From Styela clava (taxonomy: Eukaryota), in NCBI RefSeq assembly GCF_964204865.1, contig NC_135253.1, forward strand, positions 6,944,001 through 7,008,000: DNA of 64,000 nucleotides. The letters run 5' to 3'. The notes under the pieces were generated by a model. That model did no database searches. It was not told the origin of the DNA and saw only the letters and a program-made list of their open reading frames with translations. Below, piece by piece: positions 1 through 13,171 of this stretch. Position numbers and translations under genes: made by a program. Each line of letters starts with the position of its first letter. Within the stretch, counting starts at the first letter, position 1.

Positions 1-925
1 CAAATTGGCGTTATCCACCAAGCCACAGTTAATGGACCCTATAAATACGATAAAAAATGAAACCTATAAAAATTAAACAGGTTCAAGATTTCTCCTGCCA
101 TTTTACGTGGACAGTATACAAACACAAGATAGGTGACATGTGATGTGACCGAAGTCTGAGACAAACTTCCAATAGACAATCACAATAAAAGTTGTGAATT
201 TCTTATTTCGCATCGAGTTTTCGCATAAGACTTGTGAGAGTGGAATGACAAAACAAGATTGTAAAATATTGTCGTGCTCGTGTGATTCACGAAACTGTAG
301 TATGTGTATTCGTGGGAATAGCACACTTAGCAACCAGCCTAGCAAACCAGCTTAATTAGATGAAACTGTGTCATGATTTTATTTGGCTTATAACGATATT
401 TGAACAAACTATAACCAGTTTTATTCTTAGATTTTGAAAGGTCCTGAACGAATGACGTAAATGTATTAGTCATTCAATGATGAACTCAGTGTGGACGTAC
501 GTAAAGAATGTACGTGTATATTCGATCCCATGATTTGTCAATGAGACAGGAAATAATACAGCGTTTGCAACAACATAAAGTAGGTTACATTAAATTCTAC
601 AACTGCTAAAAAGCCAGAAACTGGTGGTTGACTATGCCGAATAAGTTCAGATAGATATAGCAAGGTAAACAAGCAGCTTTTGAAAGTCAAGAAGTTATTT
701 GAAAAAATTCCAAAGTGGAACTTATTCTACAATGTCATTAGACAGTTCTGAGTAAGACGGTACCGACGTGTTTGTATGTGAGTCGTATATATTAATAAAA
801 CCAGACTAGAAAACAACCAACAATCTGCTTACCGTTTATCAACTTACACTGCTCACTTACATCAACTTACACTTCACCAAATTAATATTAAAAAATTTAA
901 GTGTAATAGATTAGCATGGTTCCAT

Positions 926-1084
926 TACATTTGAACCCACGACAATTGCACTTGCATACTATTGCACACATGGGATTTTTTTGTTTTGTTTTAAGAATAT
1001 TTGAACCCATACTGACCCTAACCCACGGGTTTTAGTACCCGCATATAGATTGAACCCGCGGATATACACGTGGGTTCAAATGTA
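926..1084. repeat. Small MITE-like inverted-repeat element
   Basis: 16-bp inverted repeat TACATTTGAACCCACG (926-941) / CGTGGGTTCAAATGTA (1069-1084). The TTGAACCC motif also recurs internally, and a related fragment lies near 32229. Confidence 0.55.
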
Positions 1085-1281
1085 CATGGGTAAATGTACG
1101 GTCAATGATTAGCATACATCACTATTTCTTGAAAAGCTTGATTCAGTTTATTTTTTGAACGATCACGAAAAACTCAATAAAATATATCCTATCTATATAT
1201 ATATGTAATTTTTCCTGCAGGCAATATATAAATTGTTGTTCAAGTATTTGGTCTTATCAGAATTATACCGACTGAGGCACA

Positions 1282-2194
1282 ATGAATCTGTATCTTACTT
1301 CCTGTCTTGTTTTGATGACATTGGCAAAGTGTTGTTTCATGCTGGAGCAGGTACAGGTGACAATGGAAGAAGGTAACGTTTGTATTTGTTATCTGTATTA
1401 CCTCAATTATTTTTAATACTTTGTTATACTTGCCGTTTTTTAATATAGCCTGGGAATTACATGGAAATTTATTGAACGCCCAAATATTAAATATATAAGT
1501 TTGGAAAACTGTTATGTATGTTATGTTATGCCTATGTTGATGGTGCAATGTTGAAAATCTAAATATATATTTTATTTAATTTCAAAGTTATTGTAGAAGA
1601 ATTTTTTGGACCAATTGTTAGGAAATAAGAATATATACGGAGATTGAATAATTAGTTAGACAACTGGCGAAGCATAAATACATATTGCTTGTTGGCATTG
1701 GCATTTATGTTCAAGTTTGATTTATTTTCCAAATCGCAACTTGATAAATCTTTCAATACTTTTAACGATTGTGATTTGTTCAGAAGTGGATATCTGCTCC
1801 CTTCCCTATGTTAAAGGGCCATGCAAAGCTAATTTTGAGAGATGGTACTACGATGGAGAAACATGCACTACATTTCAATACGGAGGATGTAAAGGGAACA
1901 ATAATAATTTTCTGTCGGAACACGAATGCTCTGTGCGATGTCCGAGTGCGTATTTTCATAAAAACTTTAATAGAGGAACTAAGATGTAAAACTTCATATT
2001 TGATTTAATTTTGGATATTTTTAGTTGACTGCCTTGCACCAGCCAAAAAGGGCCAATGCAAAGCAAAACTTGAGCGATTTTACTACGATGCCTACATGAG
2101 CGAATGTATCAAGTTTGAATACGGTGGATGCAACGGAAATACGAATAACTTTCGTTCAATCGAGCAGTGCATGGATGCATGTCAAAAGAAATAA
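1282..2194 (+). CDS. KuA: secreted protein with two Kunitz/BPTI domains (P1 Lys, Lys)
   Basis: Exons 1282-1372 (signal peptide MNLYLTSCLVLMTLAKC...), 1784-1945 (CSLPYVKGPCKANFERWYY...YGGCKGNNNNF...CSVRC) and 2025-2194 (CLAPAKKGQCKAKLERFYY...YGGCNGNTNNF...CMDACQKK*). GT-AG introns are both phase 1. Each domain has six canonical Cys. Confidence 0.9.
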
Positions 2195-2926
2195 TCGATA
2201 TATTCGTACTCTTGAACTTTCTAGTGAGTATAGCGCAATTTGTTCAGATAACTCAGCACATGGTAGTGAGGCATGGATATATTTATTGAATTGTATACAA
2301 TAATGTCAAATACTTTTACATATAGGGCATTTTATTCCCAATATATAAAGAAAGATTGGAAATAAAGACAAATACCTATATATGGGATTTTAAAGTCGAA
2401 TTATTCAAAACGTGTGGTGCTTCAACATGACTACAAATTCGCAAAAAATGCCAATATTTTAAAATATTTAAACTTATATATTTTATAAATGTAAACACAT
2501 TTCAGAGTTTCTAAATTATGTCACCTAAACTAAAAACGATGTCAATTTAATTCTTGAATATACTAGAAGTTGACACAATTTTTTTCAATGAACGGAAAGC
2601 AAAATTTTCAATTGCTTCCTTTCATTTAATATTTCATTTACATTAGCTCTCATTGAGCTGAATATTTATATTGTGTTAATGAACGTTACTTATTGACCAA
2701 CGATTTATGCTTACACATTAGGGCGTTATAACTTCGGAACGCAGCATATGAGACACATGTTTTACAACTATCAATGAAACGAACTTATTATAAATACAAA
2801 ATATTAGCACCCGACAGAAACCTTGCATATAGTATGAATAAATAACAAATTCAGTAAATCCTCCCATCTCAAGTGTAGGAAGACTTTACCTGATGGTCCA
2901 AACAACTCATTAATATCAATATATAC

Positions 2927-3212
2927 AACGAGAATATCGGTCAGAGACCGAAAACTTATCGATCGAAAGTTAGGGGATCCCCAAAACAGCGCTCCTACTC
3001 CATAGTGACACCTTGTGTCCCATCACTAATTAATTAATAACTCGCTAATTATACGACATATTTCGCCCGAAATCAATAGGTTTCTGGTCCGAGATATGAT
3101 GATTGCACATGCAAAATCTGGAGCAGATTCAATCTCGCTTCCGTGAGATACCGCGAGCATCTAACAGACAAATACCTATCAACATACTTACCGGTTAAAA
3201 TCGATAGGTAAT
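2927..3212. mobile_element. Helentron-associated (HINE/DINE-1-like) non-autonomous element, copy 1
   Basis: Homologous over ~290 bp to 33004-33305. Has subterminal ACTTATCGAT, a terminal hairpin (ACTTACCG...TCGATAGGT) and a short ACAG-type repeat. Confidence 0.6.
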
Positions 3213-4287
3213 GAGGCGCCAATAGGTTAACAAACTCTAACTAACTAGTACTTGATATACATGATATTACACGTTACACATGATATTATTTCCATGAACG
3301 TTTTGTGTTTTTAGATTTCTTTATTCGCTGAAGATGGATGAAGATAAATTACAGATACGACGTTTCTCTCTCTCTCTCTTCAATAAAACAATCAATTTTG
3401 AAATTTATTCATCACCCCTCAACTTGTAACACATTTTTGCCTTTAAAGTGATATAGTTTCCAATACATTTGCTGGATATGGACAACAATTGTGAGCTCAA
3501 AAATGAAATTTACATCATAAGTCAACCTAAAATTACGCTTCCACTTTGTTCACTGTATTTTTATTCCATAATTTACATGCTAGACAGTCGACTGTTATTG
3601 ACTTATTGACTCTGTAATCGTTCAGATTGTAATGAAAACCTCAATATTGTACTTTTATTTGTGTGACAAATATACATCGGTCATGAAAACGGCATTGATT
3701 GATTTATTGGTGATCAACATGCAAGTCCAGTTTAAAATTTATTTCATGTTGCTATTTGTGTGAACAGCATAGAGTGACTGGGAAATATCAATCGATGTTA
3801 GAATGTTCAAATATTTTATGAAAACAATAACATTTATATATTTTAGAAAAAAAAGACAGCAATAGATAATAATGTTTTCCCACGTAATTTTGCTAAATCC
3901 GATTCTGGAATATGATCTATTCTTCTAGTCCATTGCACGACATACCGTATATTTATCTCCGAATAAACGGTTTAAATAAGAGTGGATTGCATATTCTAAA
4001 CAATAAAAGTATGAAGCAAATGAAGGAATTAGAATATATTTGGGAACGATTCATAAAATAATTTATTATTTCAGATATGATATGCTTAATTTTACCCTGC
4101 ACAAATTGAGATTATCGTAAATCCATAATTATGAATTGAAGTTGGCTTTGACAATGCGTTTAAGGATAGGCATAACATTGCCTTTATCTGCAAATACAAA
4201 ATAACAATCTTGTAGATCAATATTTTTCATAGTAGGCTACTGTGTAGTAATTGCTCCCAACGGAAGATTGATGCATGTTCAAAGCTA

Positions 4288-6599
4288 CACTCTACGAAAT
4301 ATTTACCGGTAATCGCCTGGCATTACATATTACAGGAATACAGTTGTGAAATTTTAATGTGATTTAGGGTAAAGATTACTAGAATTTTCGGTAAAATCGC
4401 TGTTGATCACCTGTGAATTTCACAGGATATCCCTAGTAATTCTCACAGGTTTTATCCGGTAATTTCCATCGGCAATACGTAGTAATATTTACCGACGCTA
4501 GCCTGTGAATTTACATTACAAATTAGGTGAATTTACATTCAGAACCCGGTAAAAATTACCGTAGATATCCTGGCATTACATTTTAAAGGACATAATCAGT
4601 GAAAATCACAGACTATTTTAGGTAACAAAGTTTATTTATAAAATAAATGTAAGCGTGAAATGAAATGAGAAATTGTATAGTGAAAAGTTAGCAACGCGGA
4701 GTAGACATAAACTTCTCGTTGAAGAAGTTTCGCTGGTAGGGTGTCCGTTTATAGTCACTTTAAACAAGTCTCTATTGACAGTCCCTGATATCCCGAGAAG
4801 AGAATGGTCTTGGTAGATGGGAAGTCTTTCCGGGTTAATCTTTCCCAGCATGCTGAATGTATTGCACTATCCACTTGCTTTCACGAACTCATGGCACTTT
4901 CCTCTTCATATCTCCAAGTCTAAAATGGAATGTACAAGAAGTTTCATCCAAAATTTGAAAATCTTATTTATTAGCGTGTACCAGCTAGCAGTCATTAAAA
5001 TATCCCACCTTTCTATAAACTTTCATATTTTCTTTAAGTCTTCACTTGGCAAAAATCTGTGGGCAATCAATCGATAAAGAGTTTTCTAGTATATTGCCAA
5101 ATTTTGTAGATCAGATGGAAATGGTACCTGAAATTATATTCAAATGGAATCAAACATTTAATACTCACTAAAATTGACATACCAAATACTTGTTACCAAA
5201 GCAGATGACAAAGTATCTTTTATTGCAATTCAAAAATTAACATTATAACCAACCTCAAATACTTCTTCTTCCTTGAAATAACACATTAGTAAATCCAAGA
5301 ATGTCAAATTTTTTGAAGACCAAGCCTGGAATTTTTCAGAGTCCAGTGTTGTGGCTGACAATTTGTTCATGCCTTCATAAATTAGAAGAGAAACCACTGT
5401 TGAGAAGAAGTGTATCCATATCCAAACTTCATTATATAACTTCATTTAATAATGACTAATTTATGTACATTTTTAATTTCACAAACTCAAAGCATGCACC
5501 AGTAAATTGGGCTGGCCTAAATCAAATATTTAATTATCCCCATTCCCCATACTGCAGTACTGTCATAAATCTTGAAACAATTTTTGAATATGTAATATCG
5601 AATATGTTCAAATTAGGTATATAAATCTGATCAGTGAATAATTATATAATTAAAAGATACCTGTATATTTCAAAGCCATATTCTCCGAGCTACAGTCTGA
5701 CAGTGTATTAATGCTGTGATACAGTAACAGAATGATGGTTTAACATCACCCTTCTGCCAGTCTGCCCTTTTCCCAGTCTCTTGTTCCACGTACAGATGTC
5801 TCAGTGTATAGACAGAGAGATGTCATTTTCCCTTATTTTCATTCAGTAATTAGACACCGACAATTCGAAGTCAGAAAGCCTAGATCTGTAAAGATGGCAA
5901 GATGGCATATTGTATTTTTATTCCAGTATTCCCCAGCTTCCTGCATTCGTCACTTTACTGCAGTACCCTGGTACCAGACTGCCAGAGTACTGACAAAAAA
6001 TTGGGACTTATTGGAAATACGAATCAAGTTCAGGCTGGATTAGGTATCCATAGACATAACACTGTAACATGAATGTACTGACAGACTGACGTACGCTAGT
6101 CTAACCAACCTTGTACTGATATAGCTGTATCTGTGTATAGCAGAATAGATTAATTTGGTACGGCAGATCTTGACCTACTACTGTACTACAATCACACTGA
6201 ACAATACAATAATATTTAGCACTAAACAACACATCACCCACACTGGCATTACTGAATTACCTCACAGAAATACTGCCAACTTAGTAATAACAAAAGCAAC
6301 TAAGATATAACTGCTGTCGACTGACGTAGGCTATATCGTCTTGTCAGAGTCCAAAAGTCTGGAATTCGTCAAACGAACGAAAAAATTAGGGAGTAGAGCA
6401 ACCAAAAACGGCGCGTGATAATATACCATCTGGTTGGCTGCCCTCTCTTATTAGTGAGCGCGTGCAACCTCGACTAACGCCACGCCCCCTATGTCGATAA
6501 ATATGACCGACATTGTTTGGTGAATCGGTTTACCGAGACGATTTTTTATTTTTTTACCCCTAAAATGACGGTAAAATTTACCGAACAATTCTTAGAGTG
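4288..6599. mobile_element. CACTA/EnSpm (CMC)-like non-autonomous DNA transposon
   Basis: Termini CACTCTA...TAGAGTG are flanked by TA on both sides. The imperfect TIR extends to ~16 bp, and subterminal repeats are dense (TTTACCG, TGTGAATTT, CTGGCATTACAT) in 4288-4610. The paralogous site at ~15605-15630 is empty. Confidence 0.7.
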
Positions 6600-7242
6600 T
6601 AGCTGAAACAACAAAGGTTGTCGACGATTGTATGTATTGCAAATGTGTATTACGCGCATGCAATTGATCACGTTGTAGGTCGTAAGTATTCAAAACATTG
6701 AATTGAATTAAATTAGCAAATTAATTTAAAATTACAAAATAGGTATAGGTGAAGATGATAAATGTAATTGAGCTTCGTTTGTTTAATTAAGATGATTATT
6801 TAACCAAGTATTATATTCAAAACGTAAACTTTGATTCTCGGAAGCACGATACCTTCATTGCATGTGTAATATGAAAAGCGGCCGCAGTTGAGTACATGGG
6901 TGTACCAAACTGAGGCGCAACAAAACGTTTTTCCGACAAGGTCTATAATTTTAGTTGCAAAAAGGAAATATCAATCTTATTTAGATAAGATAAAGTTAAT
7001 CTTTTGGAAATCGATACTTAAAAAAAATACTTTGTTGAATTATATTTACAAATGATCTGGTACGCAATATTTGAGGCAACTTGTGGATTCGCATATATAT
7101 CGTAAAATAAGCCTTTTAATTTAAAACGTAACAAATTGCACTATTGATTGGGTAACTTCTGCACTGACTGTGTGAAATATGTAAGACAATAAGATCTGTG
7201 ATTCTCAGCACTAGAGTATGTCAGACATTTGAGCAGCGTTTG

Positions 7243-8082
7243 CTACTCTTTATGAAACATGATTGTATTTACTTCATAGATAACTTCAAGTTGAATTTCA
7301 TTGTCCTGTTTATCATTTAACTCCCATATCTCTTTTATTCGATTCATCATTTCATCCATAGGATCTTTGTCACGATTATTCATTGTTTTACGATATTCTC
7401 CGATTGTATCAAAATATCCTCTAAAAGTATGAAAAGTGTCATACTTGAAGAAAGTAATGTTTCCGACCCATCTCTTAGTAGGATTTGCCAGTTGATCAAA
7501 AATTGGTTCATATCTTTTTTCTACTAAACGATTTCGAGGATGAGCGTAAATTGCTTTAAAGAATACTCGTATTGCTTGACGATAGTCGTGCTCCAATGCT
7601 AAGATTCTTCCTGTATCCATATCGATAACTTCTTTATGTAAATATGCATATAACGCCACACAACAGTTACGTTTTAATACTCTCTCACATTCACTTTCAA
7701 ACAGAGTGATATCCAGCCAATGAGCAGCAGTTGCACAATTAACAAATTCAATGCTATTATCTGGAAGAGGAAACTTTCCACTGTTGACCAATTGAAATTG
7801 CACGTTTTTCTCATTATTCTTTTCAATTGCAACTGAAATCTGGCCAGCACTTATGTCTATTCCCAGTACGGACTCGAAATAAGGGAAAAACAGACATGTA
7901 GCCTGACCACCTCCGCAGCCTACATCCAACATTTTTCCCAATTTGGTAAATGGTGCAGAAGAATTAATTTGCAAATGTACCTCTTTCATAATTTTTTCTG
8001 CAACTTCTTGAGAGTAAGGCGGACGAAATTTGTCATAATCTTTTGCTAGATTCCTTGTTTCATAATACCCCAGCAATTCCAT
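7243..8082 (-). CDS. Class I SAM-dependent methyltransferase (Methyltransf_11/25 type, Tmt1/Crg1-like small-molecule MTase), copy 1
   Basis: Intronless 279-aa ORF from ATG 8082, which matches the start of copy 2. The track's start at 8112 is a TTG. Contains N-terminal A.DY.K.RP.Y, motif I MLDVGCGGGQ, post-I VLGIDIS, and FPLPDNSIEFVNCATAAHWLD. Confidence 0.92.
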   Translation of the reverse strand: MELLGYYETRNLAKDYDKFRPPYSQEVAEKIMKEVHLQINSSAPFTKLGKMLDVGCGGGQATCLFFPYFESVLGIDISAGQISVAIEKNNEKNVQFQLVNSGKFPLPDNSIEFVNCATAAHWLDITLFESECERVLKRNCCVALYAYLHKEVIDMDTGRILALEHDYRQAIRVFFKAIYAHPRNRLVEKRYEPIFDQLANPTKRWVGNITFFKYDTFHTFRGYFDTIGEYRKTMNNRDKDPMDEMMNRIKEIWELNDKQDNEIQLEVIYEVNTIMFHKE

Positions 8083-8818
8083 TATTACAAGAACAAATTT
8101 TCTATTGCTCAAAAATATACAGCGTATTTATTGTTTTGCATTCCTGATAAAATTTTTGTAAAGTATAATAACATATATATATCTGAGACGTAGCAAAACA
8201 CCTGAAAACAAACTGACTTTCTGTCAACTGTTTTATTTCAAATTTAATTTAATATAACTTTAAACCTTGAGAAGAAGGTAGACAATAGAACATTGAGTTG
8301 TTGTAATGCCAAATACTAAACAGATCTTGTCTAAATTTATAAAATAAAATTGTAACACGGAAATAAAGATAATCAACTTTAACAAGATCATTGATCAAAA
8401 ATTTACATCAGAGGTAAACCTACAACTAAGCTTTCACTTTGTTCACTGTATTTTTACCCCATAATTTACATATTGGTCCTTCGACAAATAATTGACTGAT
8501 TGACTTTGTAATCGTTCAGATTGTAATGAAAACCTAAATATTGTACTTTCTTTTTTGTGACAAATATACGTCTGTCATGAAAACGGCATTGATGTTTTAT
8601 TGGTGATGAACATTCAAGCCAAATTTTGAAAGTTATTTTATGTTGCTATTTGTGTGAATAGCATAGGCATAGAGGATCTTAGAAACGTTGACCGATGACA
8701 GAATGTCAGAATGTTTTATGAAAACAACGACATTTACATATTTTAGTAAAGGACAGCAATAAATAATATTATTTTGCATATAATGTTGCTAAAACCGATC
8801 CCGGAATATTACCTAATC

Positions 8819-9282
8819 CAGCGTTTCTTAAACTGTGTTCTGCGGAACACTGATATTCCGCGAGCTTTTTCGAAGTGCTCCGCGGGACAGGGATCGGAAT
8901 TGCGACTAAATTGGTGGCCATGGCGATCTCGGAATTACTGCGGCGCCTATTGGGTCGTAAATTTGTCTCCCAACTTTCGACAAGGCGAACAGTTCTTGCT
9001 ATCTAAAAGGCGGACAAGCCTCGTGCCAGTCTGGAAAGCGTGGTATTTTTGTCAACCGTTCATTATCGTTATTTAGAAACCATTTTGTGGAAACCATCCT
9101 TCTCAATAGACTGTTGGCTCAGAACTGCAAGCCTCAAAAGATGGCGCGTGATAAGCAGGTTGTGCAAGTTGATGCATAAAGTAAAATCAGTACACAATGT
9201 TTTATGATCAATTTTGCCTTCAGATTTCTTGGCGAGATAAAAAGCAATGGTGTTCCGGAGCCAAACAATTTGGGAAACGCTT
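8819..9282. mobile_element. hAT (Buster/Charlie-type) MITE in unit 2
   Basis: Ends CAGCGTTTCTTAAACT / TTTGGGAAACGCTT with 8-bp TSD-like flanks ACCTAATC / ATCTAGTC. Duplicated at 14766-15227. Its ends are related to 33638-34407. Confidence 0.8.
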
Positions 9283-10164
9283 ATCTAGTCCATTGTACAG
9301 CAGCATAACATATTTTTACCTCCAAATAAACGGTTTATATAAGAGTGAATTGTATGTTGCAAGTAATAAAAGTAAGTTACGCCAGAATAAGGCAAATAAA
9401 GGAATTGGAATATATTTGGAAACTATTCATTAAATAATTAATTATTCCAATTATAATTTGCTTAATTTTACCCTGCTCAAATTGAGATTACCCTAAATCC
9501 ATATTTATGAATTGAAGTTGGCTTTGAAAATGCGATAGTAATAACGTCGCTCACACTTTTGTATTATATCTGCAAATACAAAATACCATCCTATTTATCA
9601 ATAGTTTTTATAGTAAGCTACTGTATAGTAATTGCTCTTTACGGAAGATTGGTGCACGTCGTGCAATGTCATTTTCATTTTACGTGCATAAAATTGGTCA
9701 CGTGTAGGTCGTAAGCATGACAGCATGCACTAATTCAAAACATTAAATAAAATTAGGATTGCAAATTAATTTGAAATTTCAATATCGGTATAGATAAAGA
9801 TGATGACGGTAATTGCGCTTCGTTAGTTTAAGAAGATGAATAAATCAAATATTATATTCAAAACGTGAACTTTAATTCTCGGAAGCACGACACCTTCATT
9901 GCATGTGGAATGTGCACAGCATCTGCACTCTGCAGCAGGGTACATATGTACACCAAAGTGAGGCGCAACGAAAAGCTTTTCCGACAATGTCCACAATCTT
10001 AGTTGCAGAAAAGAAATTAATAATTTTATTTAAAAATTACCTTGTTGAATTATATTTACAAATGATCTGTTACGCAACATTTGTGGCAACTTGTGGAATC
10101 TCATATATATTGTAAAACAAACCTTTCATTTAAAAAGGAAGGAAATTGCACTACTGATCGGAAT

Positions 10165-10344
10165 CTACTTGTCGGACTGATATTTCCCCGATATAGTGAA
10201 TCTGCCTGTATACTTTTATTATTGTGTATTTTTGATTTGAAAGTAGAAAAGCATTGTTTTTAATCTTGGTCGGCACGCGGAAGAATTTTGTCATTAAATT
10301 TATCCGATTTCGGCACGCGAGCCGAAAAAGGTTGACCACCCCTG
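10165..10344. mobile_element. Orphan end of a hAT-type MITE at the deletion breakpoint of unit 2
   Basis: Ends GGCACGCGAGCCGAAAAAGGTTGACCACCCCTG, a typical Charlie/Buster end. No matching other end is visible. Similarity to the repeat unit stops at ~10160. Confidence 0.6.
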
Positions 10345-10499
10345 AATTCTAGACCAGTAGTTCCCAAACTTTTTTTAACCATCGCTCCCCTAAAGTAGTT
10401 TATACAACTTCATCGCTCCCCGGCAACACAGAAAATGTAAAGTCAGAAACGAATATATTACAGACCAAATAAGAAGACAAATCATAGTTTATAGTGTTT

Positions 10500-10700
10500 T
10501 CAATGAGATAGAGGAGCTTGGTGTTCTTCAGCGAGTTTTTTATTATATCAGAAATTACCCCGTTTACTGGTGGAAAGGCGATTTCGTTGTTTTGATAGCA
10601 ATAGTAGCACGGCTGAAAAACCCCTTTTCGCCATGTAATAGATCGGAAATGAAAGAATCCATGATTTTACCTCCTCAAAAACCGCCGTGTACTCTTGCCT
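10500..10700 (-). pseudogene. Degenerate C-terminus of a Buster/ZBED8-SCAND3-like hAT transposase
   Basis: Frameshifted minus-strand translation gives ...RGFSAVLLLLSKQRN... and the terminal KLAEEHQAPLSH*, resembling the hATC dimerisation region and the Q.H.SH end of Buster transposases. Confidence 0.6.
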
Positions 10701-11181
10701 TATAGCATTTCACTTCCTAAATTCACCCCATTTCACATTAAAATAATGAAAACAGAGTTAATTTTCCCAAACTTATAATATTGATTTTCGTACATCTCAT
10801 TCATTCCGACAGCCTGATGAACTGCACCAAAAAACTTCGGTAAAATTCATCCCCGATTCCTCATCCTACTACGGCCTCCAGTCCGATCACCAGTCCATAA
10901 TTAATCAGCCATCTGATTTTGGATTCATGGACTCGGATGTGGAAGAAGCCGTGACCGACTATCGGCTACGGCCCAGGGGTCGGCAAATTTTATGTCGCTC
11001 ACGGAACAAAATTCAGGGTTGCTAGTCTTTTGCGGGTCGCATATATTTTTTGGAAGTTAAAAACGGAACAGCGCGCGAAAACTGCGACGATTCGTGAACT
11101 CAACTCAGTCGTCTTTTTAAAAAAATATTACAATGACATGTAATGTGACACTGTCTTGTTTCTGCATCACGCTGGATAGCT

Positions 11182-11364
11182 TTACGACGCCAAGATTGGA
11201 ACATTTTCTAAATGGACATCACTATTCCCGGTTCTTTGCTTGTTCTTTGTAATGTTCATTTTCGAAAATAATTGTTTGCACAAATATATACTTCCAAACA
11301 TCGAAGTGAATATTTTCGCATGATTTGTGAAATTTTGATGAAGATTTTCTTCAAGAAGATACAT
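11182..11364 (-). pseudogene. C-terminal fragment of a SPIN/GTF2IRD2-like hAT transposase
   Basis: FTSMFGSIYLCKQLFSKMNITKNKQRT..SDVHLEN matches the hATC consensus SMFGSTYLCEQLFS.M...K...RSRL.D.HL. Confidence 0.75.
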
Positions 11365-13171
11365 TCTTACAAAAATTAAGCAGTGATGAATCTCTCGAAT
11401 AGAATATGAATTTTATTTCCTTATTGCATTGCTATATATTCGAATATTGACTGCGCTATTGAACCCCTGCCATCAGCATCAACTTTTCTTTGTGTTTCCA
11501 TTTGTCTAATTATAATTAAATTGTAGGCTCGTTAAACGAGTACCTGTTCAATAGAATTTTTAGGATATATATAATACAATTTAGTCCAAGCGTGTCTAAC
11601 GATAAATTCTGTTACGTATAAAAATGTAATTTACTCCTCGAGCGTAGATTATAAATGAAAAATTTTCATCGTCAAAACCGCTGTTTGGATGTTTCCCCGG
11701 GCATAGACTTCCTTGTTTACTTCGTGACATTGGTCAATCAGCAAGATGCAAAAAAACGTAACAATGCCCCCTTTCGCATCCGCTCAGACACATTCCTCAC
11801 TCAGACAGATTTTCAGGCGTGGTCGTGAACATTATCTCATTTTCGCGTTTTTGAATTATATTCGTTAGTTTTTAGTTGTTTTTCGGAAATTTAAACATAA
11901 ATCAAATAAGTCAATGATTACTTTGTCTTCCTATGAGTTTCAGTTTAAATACAGTAATCAAAAGTTAGTGTAGAAATAGCTGTGATAAACTAGGCTAAAA
12001 TTCTTTATCGGTACTTTTAAAAAACAGATTGTTGAATGGTGTGTATTAGAATGATAGTTTGAAACAAATACCCCATTTTACAGGCAACAACTCGCGAAAC
12101 CACTCTTAAAATAAGCACCGAAAATTTTAAAATGGTAAAGTATGGGAAGAATTTTCCGCGGTCAAAGGTCGCTGGAAGGTCCATTCAGTGAATCGTCCCG
12201 GGCCAGATTATTTTACTCAGGCCGTATTTTGCCGAACACTGGGATACGCAAACTACCGTTGCTTACTGCGAAGACGAGTCCAGAAATTCTCTCGCGTGTG
12301 ATAATCGCCCACGTGAGAACATAAAACAGGTTTCGCGAAATCGCCCAAGTTTTTCGCCCCCCTCTGTATCGTTTTTGCCCACTGGGGGGCGATATCGCCC
12401 AATTTGGGAATTCCTGTTCTAGACCATTGCACGACATACCATATATTTACCTCCGAATAAACGGTTCAAATAAGAGTGGATTGTATATTCCAATCAATAA
12501 AAGTATGAAGCAAATGAAGGAATTGGAATATATTTGGGAACGATTCATAAAATATTTAATTATTCCAAATATGATTTGCTTAATTTTACCCTGCACAATT
12601 TTTCCATGCAATTTTTTTTGTTGTAGGTCGTAAGCGTTCAAAACATTGAATTGAATTAAATTAGCAAATTAATTTGAAATTACAAAACAGGTATAGGTAA
12701 AGATGATAAAGGTAATTGAGCTTCGTTGGTTTAAGATGATTATTTAACCAAGTATTATATCCAAAACTTAAACTTTGATTCTCGGAAGCACGATCCCTTC
12801 ATTGCATGTGTAATATGAAAAGCGTCTGCAGTTAAGGTCATGGGTGTGCCAAACTGAGACGCAACAAAGGTCTATACTTTTAGTTGCAAAAAGGAAATAT
12901 TAATTCTATTTAGATAAGATAAAGTTAATCTTTTGGAAATCGATACTTAAAAAAAAAACTTTGTTGAATTATATTTACAAATGATCTGGTACGCAACATT
13001 TGAGGCAACTTGTGGATTCGCATATATATCGTAAAATAAACCTTTTAATTTAAAACGTATCAAATTGCACTATTGATTGAGTATATTCTGCGCTGACTAT
13101 GTGAAATAGGTAAGACAATAAGATCTGTGATTCTCAGTACTAGAGTATGTCAGACATTTGAGCAGCGTTTG

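Larger units (their letters stand above)
10355..12416. mobile_element. Composite hAT (Buster-group) element with transposase remnants
   Basis: TIRs CAGTAGTTCCCAAACT / AATTTGGGAATTCCTG with a perfect 8-bp TSD TTCTAGAC (10347-10354 and 12417-12424). A second hAT end, CAGGGGTCGGCAA, lies internally at 10974. Confidence 0.8.

Noticed and set aside
4288-4610. Short regularly recurring motifs that could suggest a CRISPR-like array
   Set aside because: They are degenerate, irregularly spaced and in both orientations. They fit transposon subterminal repeats, the context is eukaryotic and there are no cas genes.
8083-8112. 10-aa N-terminal extension of methyltransferase copy 1 in the ORF track
   Set aside because: It begins at TTG. 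The ATG at 8082 matches the start of copy 2.
8774-9076. Duplicated 100-aa ORFs (also 14721-15023)
   Set aside because: They start at non-ATG codons and run through a hAT MITE. Their similarity reflects the recent segmental duplication.
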